Source of the DNA: a virus
Lineage: Duplodnaviria > Caudoviricetes
Direction: 5' to 3' (one strand)
Length of the DNA stretch: 64,000 bases
Virus record (IMG/VR): IMGVR_UViG_3300035673_000002
Span: 1 to 64,000 of that record
Below, in pieces: positions 19,197 to 26,977 of the stretch (position 1 is the stretch's first letter; the number at the start of each line of letters is the position of its first letter). A model generated the notes under the pieces. It did not search any database. It worked only from the letters and a program-made list of their open reading frames with translations, and was not told the DNA's origin. The position numbers and the translations under genes are program-made.

Positions 19197-19471
19197 CAGT
19201 CGGCTCCTGCGTTGGCCTCGGCGTTCTCGGGCGTGGCGGTGATCCAGCGCTCGGTGGCGAGGATGTTGTGTTCCTTGTTCTGCTCGAGCCATGCGGAATA
19301 AAACTCCGCATCGATCCCTTGGTTCAGCCCGGGCGCGATCTGGACGCCGTCGCCGATCGGGCGCGCGACCTTGCTGCCAGGGATGTCGCCGTCGACCATC
19401 TGAAAGCGGCGCAGGATGACAGCGTTCCCGAGCCTCGAGGTGACCGAGACGGTCTTGCGCTGCTCGCCCAT
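19196..19471 (-). CDS. Short paralogue of the downstream head-associated protein
   Basis: Shares KVARPIG..V.I and A.F...WL.QNK with 18723-19196. Confidence 0.7.
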   Translation of the reverse strand: MGEQRKTVSVTSRLGNAVILRRFQMVDGDIPGSKVARPIGDGVQIAPGLNQGIDAEFYSAWLEQNKEHNILATERWITATPENAEANAGAD

Positions 19472-19553
19472 CGCGTTGCCCCTTGTGTGGCCTGCCCGGG
19501 TCCAGGCGGGAGGATTTTGCCTGTATCCTCCGCGCTGGCTCGACGTCCTTGTA

Positions 19554-20660
19554 TCAGACGCCGATCATGGACGAGAAGGAAACCGGCATCCGGATCACGG
19601 CGCCCCAGGTTCCGCCGGTGAGCTTCTGCTTGAAGCTCGAGGTGCCGCGGACCATCGGGTGCGCGCGCATCTTCTCGCTAAACGCCGCGTAGCCGGTTTT
19701 CTGGTTCTCGAGGTTCTCCACAAACATCTGGATCATGTTGCCGCCGGCGATGCCCTGCGGGTTGGCGGCCGAGAGTGCGCCGTACTGGACCGCGGTCTCG
19801 AATCGGATGTTCGGGAAGTTCTCCTTGAGCAGTTGGTAAACGTTCACGCCGAAGCTGTTCGTTGTGGTGAGCGCCATCTCGACCGCGGGCGACATCGCGA
19901 TGACGATATTCGAGCGCATGTCGACCAAGCCTGCGGTCTGGGTCACGAGCGCGATGAAGATCGACTGGATATCGGCGAAGATTTCGTTGGCGGTCGCAGT
20001 CACAACGTTGTTCGTGAGCCAGCGGGTGTTGCCCGAGGCCTTGAGTGCCGGAGTGAGCGAGGCTGGCAGGTTCGGGTCGTTGATGAGCCCGTAATTCTGC
20101 AGGCCGAGCACGCCGAAAAAGTACGTCAGGTTCTGGAATCGGTTCATGACGCCGGCTGCGGCCTGGTCCATCTCCGAGACCCAATTGAGCCTCGCGAGCC
20201 CGGCGCGGTCGATTTCACGATCGCCGTATTCTTTGATGATCTGGAAAATGTAGTTCTGGCGAGCCGGCCAGTTGGCGTTGACGCCGACGTGGCCGTTCTC
20301 GTTGTAGTCGCCGTAGCTCGACACCTCGCCGTCGGCCTCGACCATCGGAAACAGGATGGTGTCGTCCACCCATGTTCCCTTCTTGACTTCGCCGACGATC
20401 TCCGCGGCCTTGGTGGGGGCGAAGAGGATGCGGAACACGTCCGGGTCGATGGTCGTGGTCAGCTGCATCGGGATGCCCGAGTTCGGGTCGGTCACGAGCG
20501 TGGGCTGCGCGTCCATGGCGAAGATCGTGCCGTTGCCCAAGGTGTAGTCGAGCTTCATTTCCTCGGGCAGATACGAGAGGACGTTCGGCAGAATGACGCC
20601 GCGCGCTGCGAGCGTGCCGGCGTGCGCGCGGTACGTGCTCTGTGCTTCTTGCATGTTCAT
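19554..20660 (-). CDS. Major capsid protein (DUF2184-like)
   Basis: 368 aa; GAG RBS; GE.KKG.W, E..GEVSSYGDY..NG, FFGV.GL.NYGL.NDP, K..GGTWGA.I..P motifs. Confidence 0.92.
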   Translation of the reverse strand: MNMQEAQSTYRAHAGTLAARGVILPNVLSYLPEEMKLDYTLGNGTIFAMDAQPTLVTDPNSGIPMQLTTTIDPDVFRILFAPTKAAEIVGEVKKGTWVDDTILFPMVEADGEVSSYGDYNENGHVGVNANWPARQNYIFQIIKEYGDREIDRAGLARLNWVSEMDQAAAGVMNRFQNLTYFFGVLGLQNYGLINDPNLPASLTPALKASGNTRWLTNNVVTATANEIFADIQSIFIALVTQTAGLVDMRSNIVIAMSPAVEMALTTTNSFGVNVYQLLKENFPNIRFETAVQYGALSAANPQGIAGGNMIQMFVENLENQKTGYAAFSEKMRAHPMVRGTSSFKQKLTGGTWGAVIRMPVSFSSMIGV

Positions 20661-20726
20661 GGCGGTGCGAGCTCCTATGACACGAGGGACCGGCGCGCGG
20701 CCGGGGGTTGGGGGCGGGCGGTTTAA

Positions 20727-21671
20727 TTACCCGTTGGGCTGGCTGACCATCTTGACGAGCTCGCCCGGGAGGCCAGTGGACATCGCGAACCACTTCGTCT
20801 CGACATTGCTCGCCGCGGTGATGGTCGTGGATCCCACGACGGTGTTGTTGTTGACGATGTACGTGCCGGTGCCGCCCGTGCCGGTGCCGAATGCCGTGAG
20901 CGTGGTGCCGACGACGACGTTCGTCCCGGAGAGCGAGTCATTGATGGCGAGCACTCCGGAGCCAACGGCCGAGACGGTCATGGTGCCGTAGGTTTCCGAG
21001 ATCGTGGTCGAGGCGACCGTCTGCTCCGGGATGTTGACGCGATACGTGCCAATGCCGCCGGCGGTGCCGGTCAGCTGGTTCACGATCATCGTTCCGGTGG
21101 CGACGTTGGTGCCGGAGAGCGTGCCGCCTGGCACGGCCACGCCGGAGCCGACTGCGGTGATGGTGAGCACGTCGCCGGAGATCGAGCCGGTGAACGATCC
21201 GGTCGAGGCGGCGATCGCGGCGGTCACGGAGGCGCCGGTCGCCGGCGAGCCGGTGGGACCGAACGAGATCTTGCCGGTGGCGAGGTCCGCGTAGGCCTTC
21301 TGGCCGAGCAGCGCCTCGGTGGTGCCGTTGTTCTTTACCCAGAACCCGCCGCCCTTCATGAGGGTGATCGGGAAACCGGCGGGCACGAGCATGCCGGCGT
21401 TGGACATGTAGACGGTGTTGAGGCCCTGCATCTCGCCGTGCACGAAGCCGGTCGGCGCTCCTGCGCCGAAATTGTTCGCGACCGTGGGCGTGCCGTTCAC
21501 ATCAAGCGGAGGCGCCCACCAGGCGAAGCGGCCGATCGTGATGCCGCTGGCGCCGCAGACGAGGCCGCCGGGTCCAGCGTTAACGGACGCGCGCGGGTTC
21601 GAATCGCAAAAGTCGCCCTCTCGAGCGGGCGCCTGTACTGCGCTGACTGCTGTCTGAAATCCGCCGGCCAT
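20727..21671 (-). CDS. Capsid decoration/cement protein with two inserted beta modules
   Basis: FQT.V....A....GDF...NPR.SV.AGPGGL..G..G...GRFAW; lies between protease and capsid genes. Confidence 0.8.
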   Translation of the reverse strand: MAGGFQTAVSAVQAPAREGDFCDSNPRASVNAGPGGLVCGASGITIGRFAWWAPPLDVNGTPTVANNFGAGAPTGFVHGEMQGLNTVYMSNAGMLVPAGFPITLMKGGGFWVKNNGTTEALLGQKAYADLATGKISFGPTGSPATGASVTAAIAASTGSFTGSISGDVLTITAVGSGVAVPGGTLSGTNVATGTMIVNQLTGTAGGIGTYRVNIPEQTVASTTISETYGTMTVSAVGSGVLAINDSLSGTNVVVGTTLTAFGTGTGGTGTYIVNNNTVVGSTTITAASNVETKWFAMSTGLPGELVKMVSQPNG

Positions 21672-21789
21672 GATCGTATCTCCTTACGCGTCTGGTTTGC
21701 TGGAGCGGCCTTACCGCGGCGGCGCCGCGTGAATGCTCCAGGTAGTCGCTGCCGCGGCGGGGGCACCGCGGCAACGTCTTGGCCCGAGA

Positions 21790-23679
21790 TCAGCCAAGGA
21801 CTTTGATCTTGCCGATCCCGGGGAACATCTCATTGAGCGATGCGGTGGCGGCCGCATCCATGCCGAGCGGCGTCCTGCCGCCGGCCGGGACGTGCTTGCG
21901 CTCGCCGGGCTTGGGCACCATGCCGAGAATGGCCTTGAGCGCGGGCACTTCCTTGATGCCCTCGTGGTCGATCTTGAGGCCGTCGAGCGCGGTGCGATAG
22001 ACCTGCTCGGCGCTGTCGCACGCGATCTCGAGCTCGCCCACCCACGGCGCCACGAAGCGCTCGGCCTCGCGGATGTCGCGGGAGTTCTTGATGGCGGCGT
22101 CCTGCGCAATCCGGGTGGCCTTCTTGATCGCGGCGTCCATGGCCTCTTTGGTCACGGTGGGCTTGTCCTCATCCTCGCCCTTGTTTCCCTCGTCCTTCTT
22201 ATCGTCTTCATCGTCGTCCTTGTCGTCCTCGTCGGCCGCGCCAACCTTGCTGGCCTTGCTGAACATGTCGCAGGCCTTGGTGTAATCGTCCTCGGAGAGC
22301 TTGCCTTTGAGGAAGCCGGGAAGGTCGGCGTCATCGACTGGGCGAACCGGGAGGGGCTCGACGATCCCGTTCTCCGGAAGAACGTCTTCCTCGTGCGCCT
22401 CGACCATGTCGAGCAGTTGCGCGAGCCCGTCGATCGAGGCGTCCTGGGCGAGCTTGCCCTTGGTGGCCGCGTTGACGGCCGCGATGATCGCTGGGCGCTG
22501 CGCTTTGAAGTTCTTGACCGTAACGCCGGCGAGGCTGGCAAGGATCGGCTTGGTGTCGAGCTTGGCGTCCTGCGCCATCTTGGGCTTGAGGAACGGAATC
22601 AGCGCGCCGTACGCGAGCAGAGCCTTCACGGTGGTCACGGTCTTTTTGCTCATGTCCAACTCCTTTGGTTGTTCGTCGCCGACCACCACATCGGAGCCGG
22701 CCCTGCCTTGTTTCACGAGCGCAACGTGATTGCCGATCATGTCGCGCATCACGCCGTCGTAGCTCTCGCCCTCGTACTCTCCTGGGGTCATGTCGGCGCG
22801 GTAGCGGTACGCGCTCGAGAGTTCCTTCTTTTCCTCGCTCTCGATGTCGTCGATCGCGTCGCGACGCCAGACCACGAGACCGTTGTCGAGGTACGGCGCG
22901 TTGAACGCCGCGGTCGAGCCGGTGGAGCCGATTACGAGTTCTGCGGGGTGGTCATCGGCGCTGACCGGGACGTGTTTCGATAGCAGCGGCTTGTTGTTGA
23001 AGGTCGATGCGGCCTTCGCCAACTCCGCCGGATCCCGGAAAAGCTTGTAGACCTTCTCCGCCTCGAGGCCCAATTCTTTATAATTTGGGATCTCGCGCCC
23101 GAGGTACGGGCAGATGTTGGCCTTCGAAATGTGCGTGTTCGAAACATGGAGGTGGCCGTCGACGCTCTCGGTCCGCACGCTCGCGTAGTCGAGCGCCAGG
23201 CCAGCGCGGGCTGCAGCCAATTTGGCGTCCAGTTGGATGCCATCCGGCGCCCGATCGAACGCCAGGCCGTGGTCCGCGGCGATCGGCTCGAGCGCCTTGA
23301 GAAACTCGACCGCGCTCGCGGTCCCGGGGTGGAGCGGCTGCGGCGGGTCCGACAGCTTGGCCCAGGCGTGGCCGGTGTTTTCGTCGTTGAGCGTCGGCAG
23401 GAATGGCGCATCGAGCGGAAAGCGGTACGTGCGGTACATGCCGCCGGCGCCGCCCTCGCCGATCGGCGTGCCGGCGATCTCCTGGAGGTCCGCTCCGGCG
23501 GTGTCGTGGCCGGTTTCCTCGAGCGCCTCGCGGCGCGCAGCTGCATCGTGCGTTTCGTCGCCCTCGGTGCCGCCGCCGGGGAAGCACCACTCGCCCTGAT
23601 GATCGCCGCCGGCGCCGCGCTTGACGAAGAGCGCGAGGCCGCCTGGTGCGAGGAACGCGATGCCGCCAGCGCCGGTCAT
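21790..23679 (-). CDS. NUDIX hydrolase fused to DUF2213 putative prohead protease/scaffold
   Basis: Nudix box GGTEGDETHDAAARREALEETG; DUF2213 motifs KANICPYLG.EIP, ELSSAY.Y, NHVALV..GRAG.DV.V.D; acidic scaffold-like C-terminus. Start taken at ATG 23679. Confidence 0.88.
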   Translation of the reverse strand: MTGAGGIAFLAPGGLALFVKRGAGGDHQGEWCFPGGGTEGDETHDAAARREALEETGHDTAGADLQEIAGTPIGEGGAGGMYRTYRFPLDAPFLPTLNDENTGHAWAKLSDPPQPLHPGTASAVEFLKALEPIAADHGLAFDRAPDGIQLDAKLAAARAGLALDYASVRTESVDGHLHVSNTHISKANICPYLGREIPNYKELGLEAEKVYKLFRDPAELAKAASTFNNKPLLSKHVPVSADDHPAELVIGSTGSTAAFNAPYLDNGLVVWRRDAIDDIESEEKKELSSAYRYRADMTPGEYEGESYDGVMRDMIGNHVALVKQGRAGSDVVVGDEQPKELDMSKKTVTTVKALLAYGALIPFLKPKMAQDAKLDTKPILASLAGVTVKNFKAQRPAIIAAVNAATKGKLAQDASIDGLAQLLDMVEAHEEDVLPENGIVEPLPVRPVDDADLPGFLKGKLSEDDYTKACDMFSKASKVGAADEDDKDDDEDDKKDEGNKGEDEDKPTVTKEAMDAAIKKATRIAQDAAIKNSRDIREAERFVAPWVGELEIACDSAEQVYRTALDGLKIDHEGIKEVPALKAILGMVPKPGERKHVPAGGRTPLGMDAAATASLNEMFPGIGKIKVLG

Positions 23680-23686
23680 TTGCCGC

Positions 23687-24025
23687 TCAGTCCTCGGCCG
23701 CGCCAATGACAAGCTCGAGGTCGCCCTTCGTGGCCGCCGGTGGGACGCGCTTGAGTTCCGCGGCGAGGCTCGTCTGCTCCTGTACCGTGAGTGGCGCCAG
23801 CTCGGCCGCGCGCGCCGGCGCCGGCATCAGGAGCGCATAGGCGAGCGCTACAACGAGCAGCGCATGGAGCCCGAGTCGGCCGATGCCGCCGGCCAGTTGG
23901 GCGGCGAGGAAGAACGCCAGCGCGAGCCACCCGAAATGCCAACGGCCGTAGATCGGGCCGGGTACGAAGGATGCGATGCAGGCGAAGACGAACGCGAAAA
24001 CGAGCAGCACGAGGCTGATGTTCAC
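23687..24025 (-). CDS. Small membrane protein (three hydrophobic segments, the last signal-peptide-like)
   Basis: GTG after an AAGGAG RBS; NISLVLLVFAFVFACIASF / WLALAFFLAAQL / LLVVALAYALLMPAPARA/A. Confidence 0.65.
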   Translation of the reverse strand: MNISLVLLVFAFVFACIASFVPGPIYGRWHFGWLALAFFLAAQLAGGIGRLGLHALLVVALAYALLMPAPARAAELAPLTVQEQTSLAAELKRVPPAATKGDLELVIGAAED

Positions 24026-24030
24026 GGTGT

Positions 24031-24372
24031 TCACTCCTTCGGTTTCGGTGCCGGCAGCGGTACCGACTCCGCGGGCTTGGCAGCCTCGTCTGCGTCGGTC
24101 TTGGCCTTTGCTGCGGCCGCTGCCGCTGCGATCGCCCGGCCTTCTGCGCCGTCGAGCCAATCGATGACCTTGCGGGAGAACATGTGCGGTTGCTGCTCGA
24201 GATATTGGCGCAGCGCCATATAGTCGGCTTCGCTCACCGTGAACGGTACGTAGGCCTGGGGCGCCGTCGGCGGTGGGGGCCCTGCCGGCGGCGCCTGGGC
24301 GGCCGCGGTCGAGATGGAGATCGCGGCAACGATCGCGGTGGCAAGCGCCGGTCCCTTAAGCGAAAATGTCAT
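24031..24372 (-). CDS. Small signal-peptide-bearing helical protein
   Basis: KGPALATAIVAAISISTAAA/QAPP leader. Confidence 0.7.
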   Translation of the reverse strand: MTFSLKGPALATAIVAAISISTAAAQAPPAGPPPPTAPQAYVPFTVSEADYMALRQYLEQQPHMFSRKVIDWLDGAEGRAIAAAAAAAKAKTDADEAAKPAESVPLPAPKPKE

Positions 24373-24379
24373 GTCGCGA

Positions 24380-25429
24380 TCATTCGAAGCCTGGGATCAC
24401 CGGGCGGCTCGTGCACCGGCAGTTGATGAGTTCGCCGGGCAAGATGTAGCGCCTTTCGGCCGGGTCGTACATACCCTTTGAAATTTCGTAGGTCTTGCCG
24501 TTCATCGCGACGTGGGTCGGACGCGGTTCCTTGCCGGCGCGGCTATGCATCCAGACGTTGGTTGTGATGCCCAGGCTGGTCTGCCTGGCGTGGGTCATGG
24601 CCGAGGTGGCCTTGTTGTTCTGGTCGCGCGCAATCAGCGCCGCTCGCCGCTTTGTCACGCCGTAGCGCTTCTCGAGCTCGCCGGCGAGCGTGCCGAGGTC
24701 GCGGCCGGTCTGGACCGAGCGCATGACGAGGCCCTGCACTTCGGTGTGGTACTGCGCCGGGATGGATTTGATGAGGGCGATGTTCTGGGCGATCGTCGCG
24801 TCGAGCACGTCGCGCATCACCGGCGTCATCGTCATCGGGACGCTGAACCCGCCTTGCTTGAGGATGGCCTTGAGGTTGGCGGCCGAGCGTTCGTTGACCT
24901 TCTTGGCGAAGTATTCCGCGAGCTTCGGTGCCGCGTCGTCAAATCGCTTCTGCCATTGCTGGGCAAGCCTGGCGACCACGGGCCCCAGCTTGCTCGCCGG
25001 CGTGGCGAACGATGCCGCGACCGCCTCGCCGGCCTCGGTCAGTATCCACTCGATCGTGGCCTGGTGACCTTGGGGCTGCGGCTTGGTGCGGATCAGGCCC
25101 TTGCGCTCGAGCGAATAGACCGGTTCTTGGACGCCTGGCAGACGCGGGTCGCCGCCGTCGTATAGGCGCCGTAGCCGCTCGATCTCGGCCGCGGTCAGCC
25201 GATCGGTGGGTTCCTCGTCGACGGCCAGGATCGCGGGCTCGTTGGCGCGGTATGCGGCCTTGAGCCATCGGTTGAACGAGCGGTGCATGCGGTCGACGAG
25301 CTTGACCAGGCACTCGCGATAGTCGGCCTCGATCCCGGCGTTCGGGTGAAGCGGGCGCATGACGCGGGGCTTGAAGCCTGGCCCACGCCGGCGCCGGCGG
25401 CCGTGCTCGATGCCAATTACCGGCGGCAT
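24380..25429 (-). CDS. Phage head morphogenesis protein (MuF-like) with internal winged-helix-like insert
   Basis: LIKSIP.QY, RAALIARDQNNKA, W.HS.AG..PR..HV..NG..Y, PG.LINCRC motifs. Confidence 0.88.
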   Translation of the reverse strand: MPPVIGIEHGRRRRRGPGFKPRVMRPLHPNAGIEADYRECLVKLVDRMHRSFNRWLKAAYRANEPAILAVDEEPTDRLTAAEIERLRRLYDGGDPRLPGVQEPVYSLERKGLIRTKPQPQGHQATIEWILTEAGEAVAASFATPASKLGPVVARLAQQWQKRFDDAAPKLAEYFAKKVNERSAANLKAILKQGGFSVPMTMTPVMRDVLDATIAQNIALIKSIPAQYHTEVQGLVMRSVQTGRDLGTLAGELEKRYGVTKRRAALIARDQNNKATSAMTHARQTSLGITTNVWMHSRAGKEPRPTHVAMNGKTYEISKGMYDPAERRYILPGELINCRCTSRPVIPGFE

Positions 25430-25544
25430 GCGCGCACCTTGGCGAGCCGTCGCTCGAGCTTCTTCTTTTCGCGCTGGACGCGGGTAAGCGCGAGAGCGAT
25501 GAGGGTGAGTTCGCGCATCAACTCGGCCTCGAGGAGGCCGGCGC

Positions 25545-25820
25545 TCAGATCCCGGCTGCGGCCTCGATCGCCTCGGCCTTGCAGCGGTCCCACAGGTGCC
25601 ACACGCGCAGCTGCCGGCGGGCGAGGTGCGGGCTGTCGAACGGCGTCCGCTTGCGCACGCGCCGGGCTCGGTTGTAGGCCCACCTGGTGGGCCATCGCAC
25701 GCCTCGCCAGTGTTCGCCACATAGCCATTCGTGCTCTGGGTTCGGATCGGCCTTGTCGTGCTTCCTGCGGCCGCGGGTGTGGCTGCAGAATGGCACGAGG
25801 CAGGATAGTCGCGCTACCAC
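25545..25820 (-). CDS. Hypothetical zinc-binding protein
   Basis: CLVPFC...WLCGEHW...CKAEAIEAAAGI; GTG start overlaps the upstream stop. Confidence 0.6.
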   Translation of the reverse strand: MVARLSCLVPFCSHTRGRRKHDKADPNPEHEWLCGEHWRGVRWPTRWAYNRARRVRKRTPFDSPHLARRQLRVWHLWDRCKAEAIEAAAGI

Positions 25821-26092
25821 CTTGATTGCCGCACGAGCCGGATTGCCTGGAGCGCCGCGAGGCTCATGCTCGAGCAGTCCGGGAGGTCTGGGCGCTTCTC
25901 GCACGCGCAGCCGTTCGCCGGGTAGATGCACCGACAGAGCGCATGCGCCACGAGGCGCGTGAGCGGGTGCTCAACCTCGGCGGCGAAAACCTGCAGCTGG
26001 TGCTGTTTCGATATCGCCTGCTTGGTCGCGCGCCGGCGCTGCGCCCGGTCTTTGCGTTCCTCCGCGGTCAGCGCCATTGCGGGCACCGGCAT
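25814..26092 (-). CDS. Hypothetical protein (Cys cluster)
   Basis: Coupled operon position; CRC...CAC...C; start uncertain. Confidence 0.5.
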   Translation of the reverse strand: MPVPAMALTAEERKDRAQRRRATKQAISKQHQLQVFAAEVEHPLTRLVAHALCRCIYPANGCACEKRPDLPDCSSMSLAALQAIRLVRQSRW

Positions 26093-26373
26093 GTCGTCGG
26101 CGCAGTGCAATCGCACGTACAGCGCTCGAGGCCCTCGACGAGGCGACCGGTGAGCTTAAACGCGACCGAGGTCAGCGGGGTCATTCGCCGCTTGGCGAAG
26201 ATTTCGTTACGAGGCGCGGTTTCCACGATCATGCGTTTGGAGCGCTGATCGAGATGGCGCAGCTGCATGCGCGGATCGGGCGCCGTGACCGGGTGCGCGC
26301 GCTTGAAGGCGGCGAAGGCCTCGGCCTGGCGCTGCTTGCGCTTCGCCGTTTTTCGGGATTGCTTGGTGCTCAT
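26068..26373 (-). CDS. Hypothetical basic protein
   Basis: ATGA coupling with the upstream gene. Confidence 0.5.
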   Translation of the reverse strand: MSTKQSRKTAKRKQRQAEAFAAFKRAHPVTAPDPRMQLRHLDQRSKRMIVETAPRNEIFAKRRMTPLTSVAFKLTGRLVEGLERCTCDCTAPTTCRCPQWR

Positions 26374-26594
26374 CCGCGCTCGCCGCCTGGTTCCACGCCG
26401 GTCTTGATGACGGACAGTTCGGTGGCGTCGTCGATCACGAGCAAGCGCGTCCCTTCAGGCAGTATCGGTTCGACCATGCGCGCGATGTTCTCGACCGCGC
26501 TGGCATAGGCGTGCGCTGGCACCTTGAAGATGAGGGTGTCGCCGGGCTGCAGTTCGAGCTTCGCTATCTCGACGCGCACGCATTCGATTTCCAT
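26370..26594 (-). CDS. Hypothetical protein
   Basis: 74 aa, globular composition, TGATG coupling. Confidence 0.65.
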   Translation of the reverse strand: MEIECVRVEIAKLELQPGDTLIFKVPAHAYASAVENIARMVEPILPEGTRLLVIDDATELSVIKTGVEPGGERG

Positions 26595-26977
26595 CAGGCG
26601 TTTCTCCGTTTGAGCCGGGGCGCCTCTGCCACCGTCGCCGGCTTGTAATCGGGCCCATGGGCCGCGAGGAGGCGCTCGAGCAGGCGGTCGCGGTGGCCGA
26701 CGAGCCTTTCGCGGTTCTCGCCATCCTCGCTCTGCGGATCGTAGTCCGAGGGCCGGAGCGCATCTCGATCGCGCTTGAGGCTCGCGCCGCCGTCGCGCTC
26801 AACGTTGGGCCGGTGACCGCTCGTTGGGATCTTGCCGGTGGTGCGCAGGCGCCGCCAGTGCCCGTAGAGCTCGCTCTCGCTCATGTCGAGCGTCTCGGCG
26901 ATCGCCACGGCGCGCTCGGGCCCGTGCCAGAGACGGACAAATTCCTCGTCGGTGAATTTGTCGGCTTTCGAGGTCAT
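26594..26977 (-). CDS. Hypothetical protein with N-terminal HTH-like motif
   Basis: AVAIAETLDMSESELYGHWRRL. Confidence 0.6.
   Translation of the reverse strand: MTSKADKFTDEEFVRLWHGPERAVAIAETLDMSESELYGHWRRLRTTGKIPTSGHRPNVERDGGASLKRDRDALRPSDYDPQSEDGENRERLVGHRDRLLERLLAAHGPDYKPATVAEAPRLKRRNA

Noticed and set aside
21680-21789. Hairpins and GCAAACC before the decoration gene; hairpins at 19480-19550
   Set aside because: Only a partial match to the early box; more simply explained as mRNA-stabilising or attenuating stems tuning head-protein stoichiometry.
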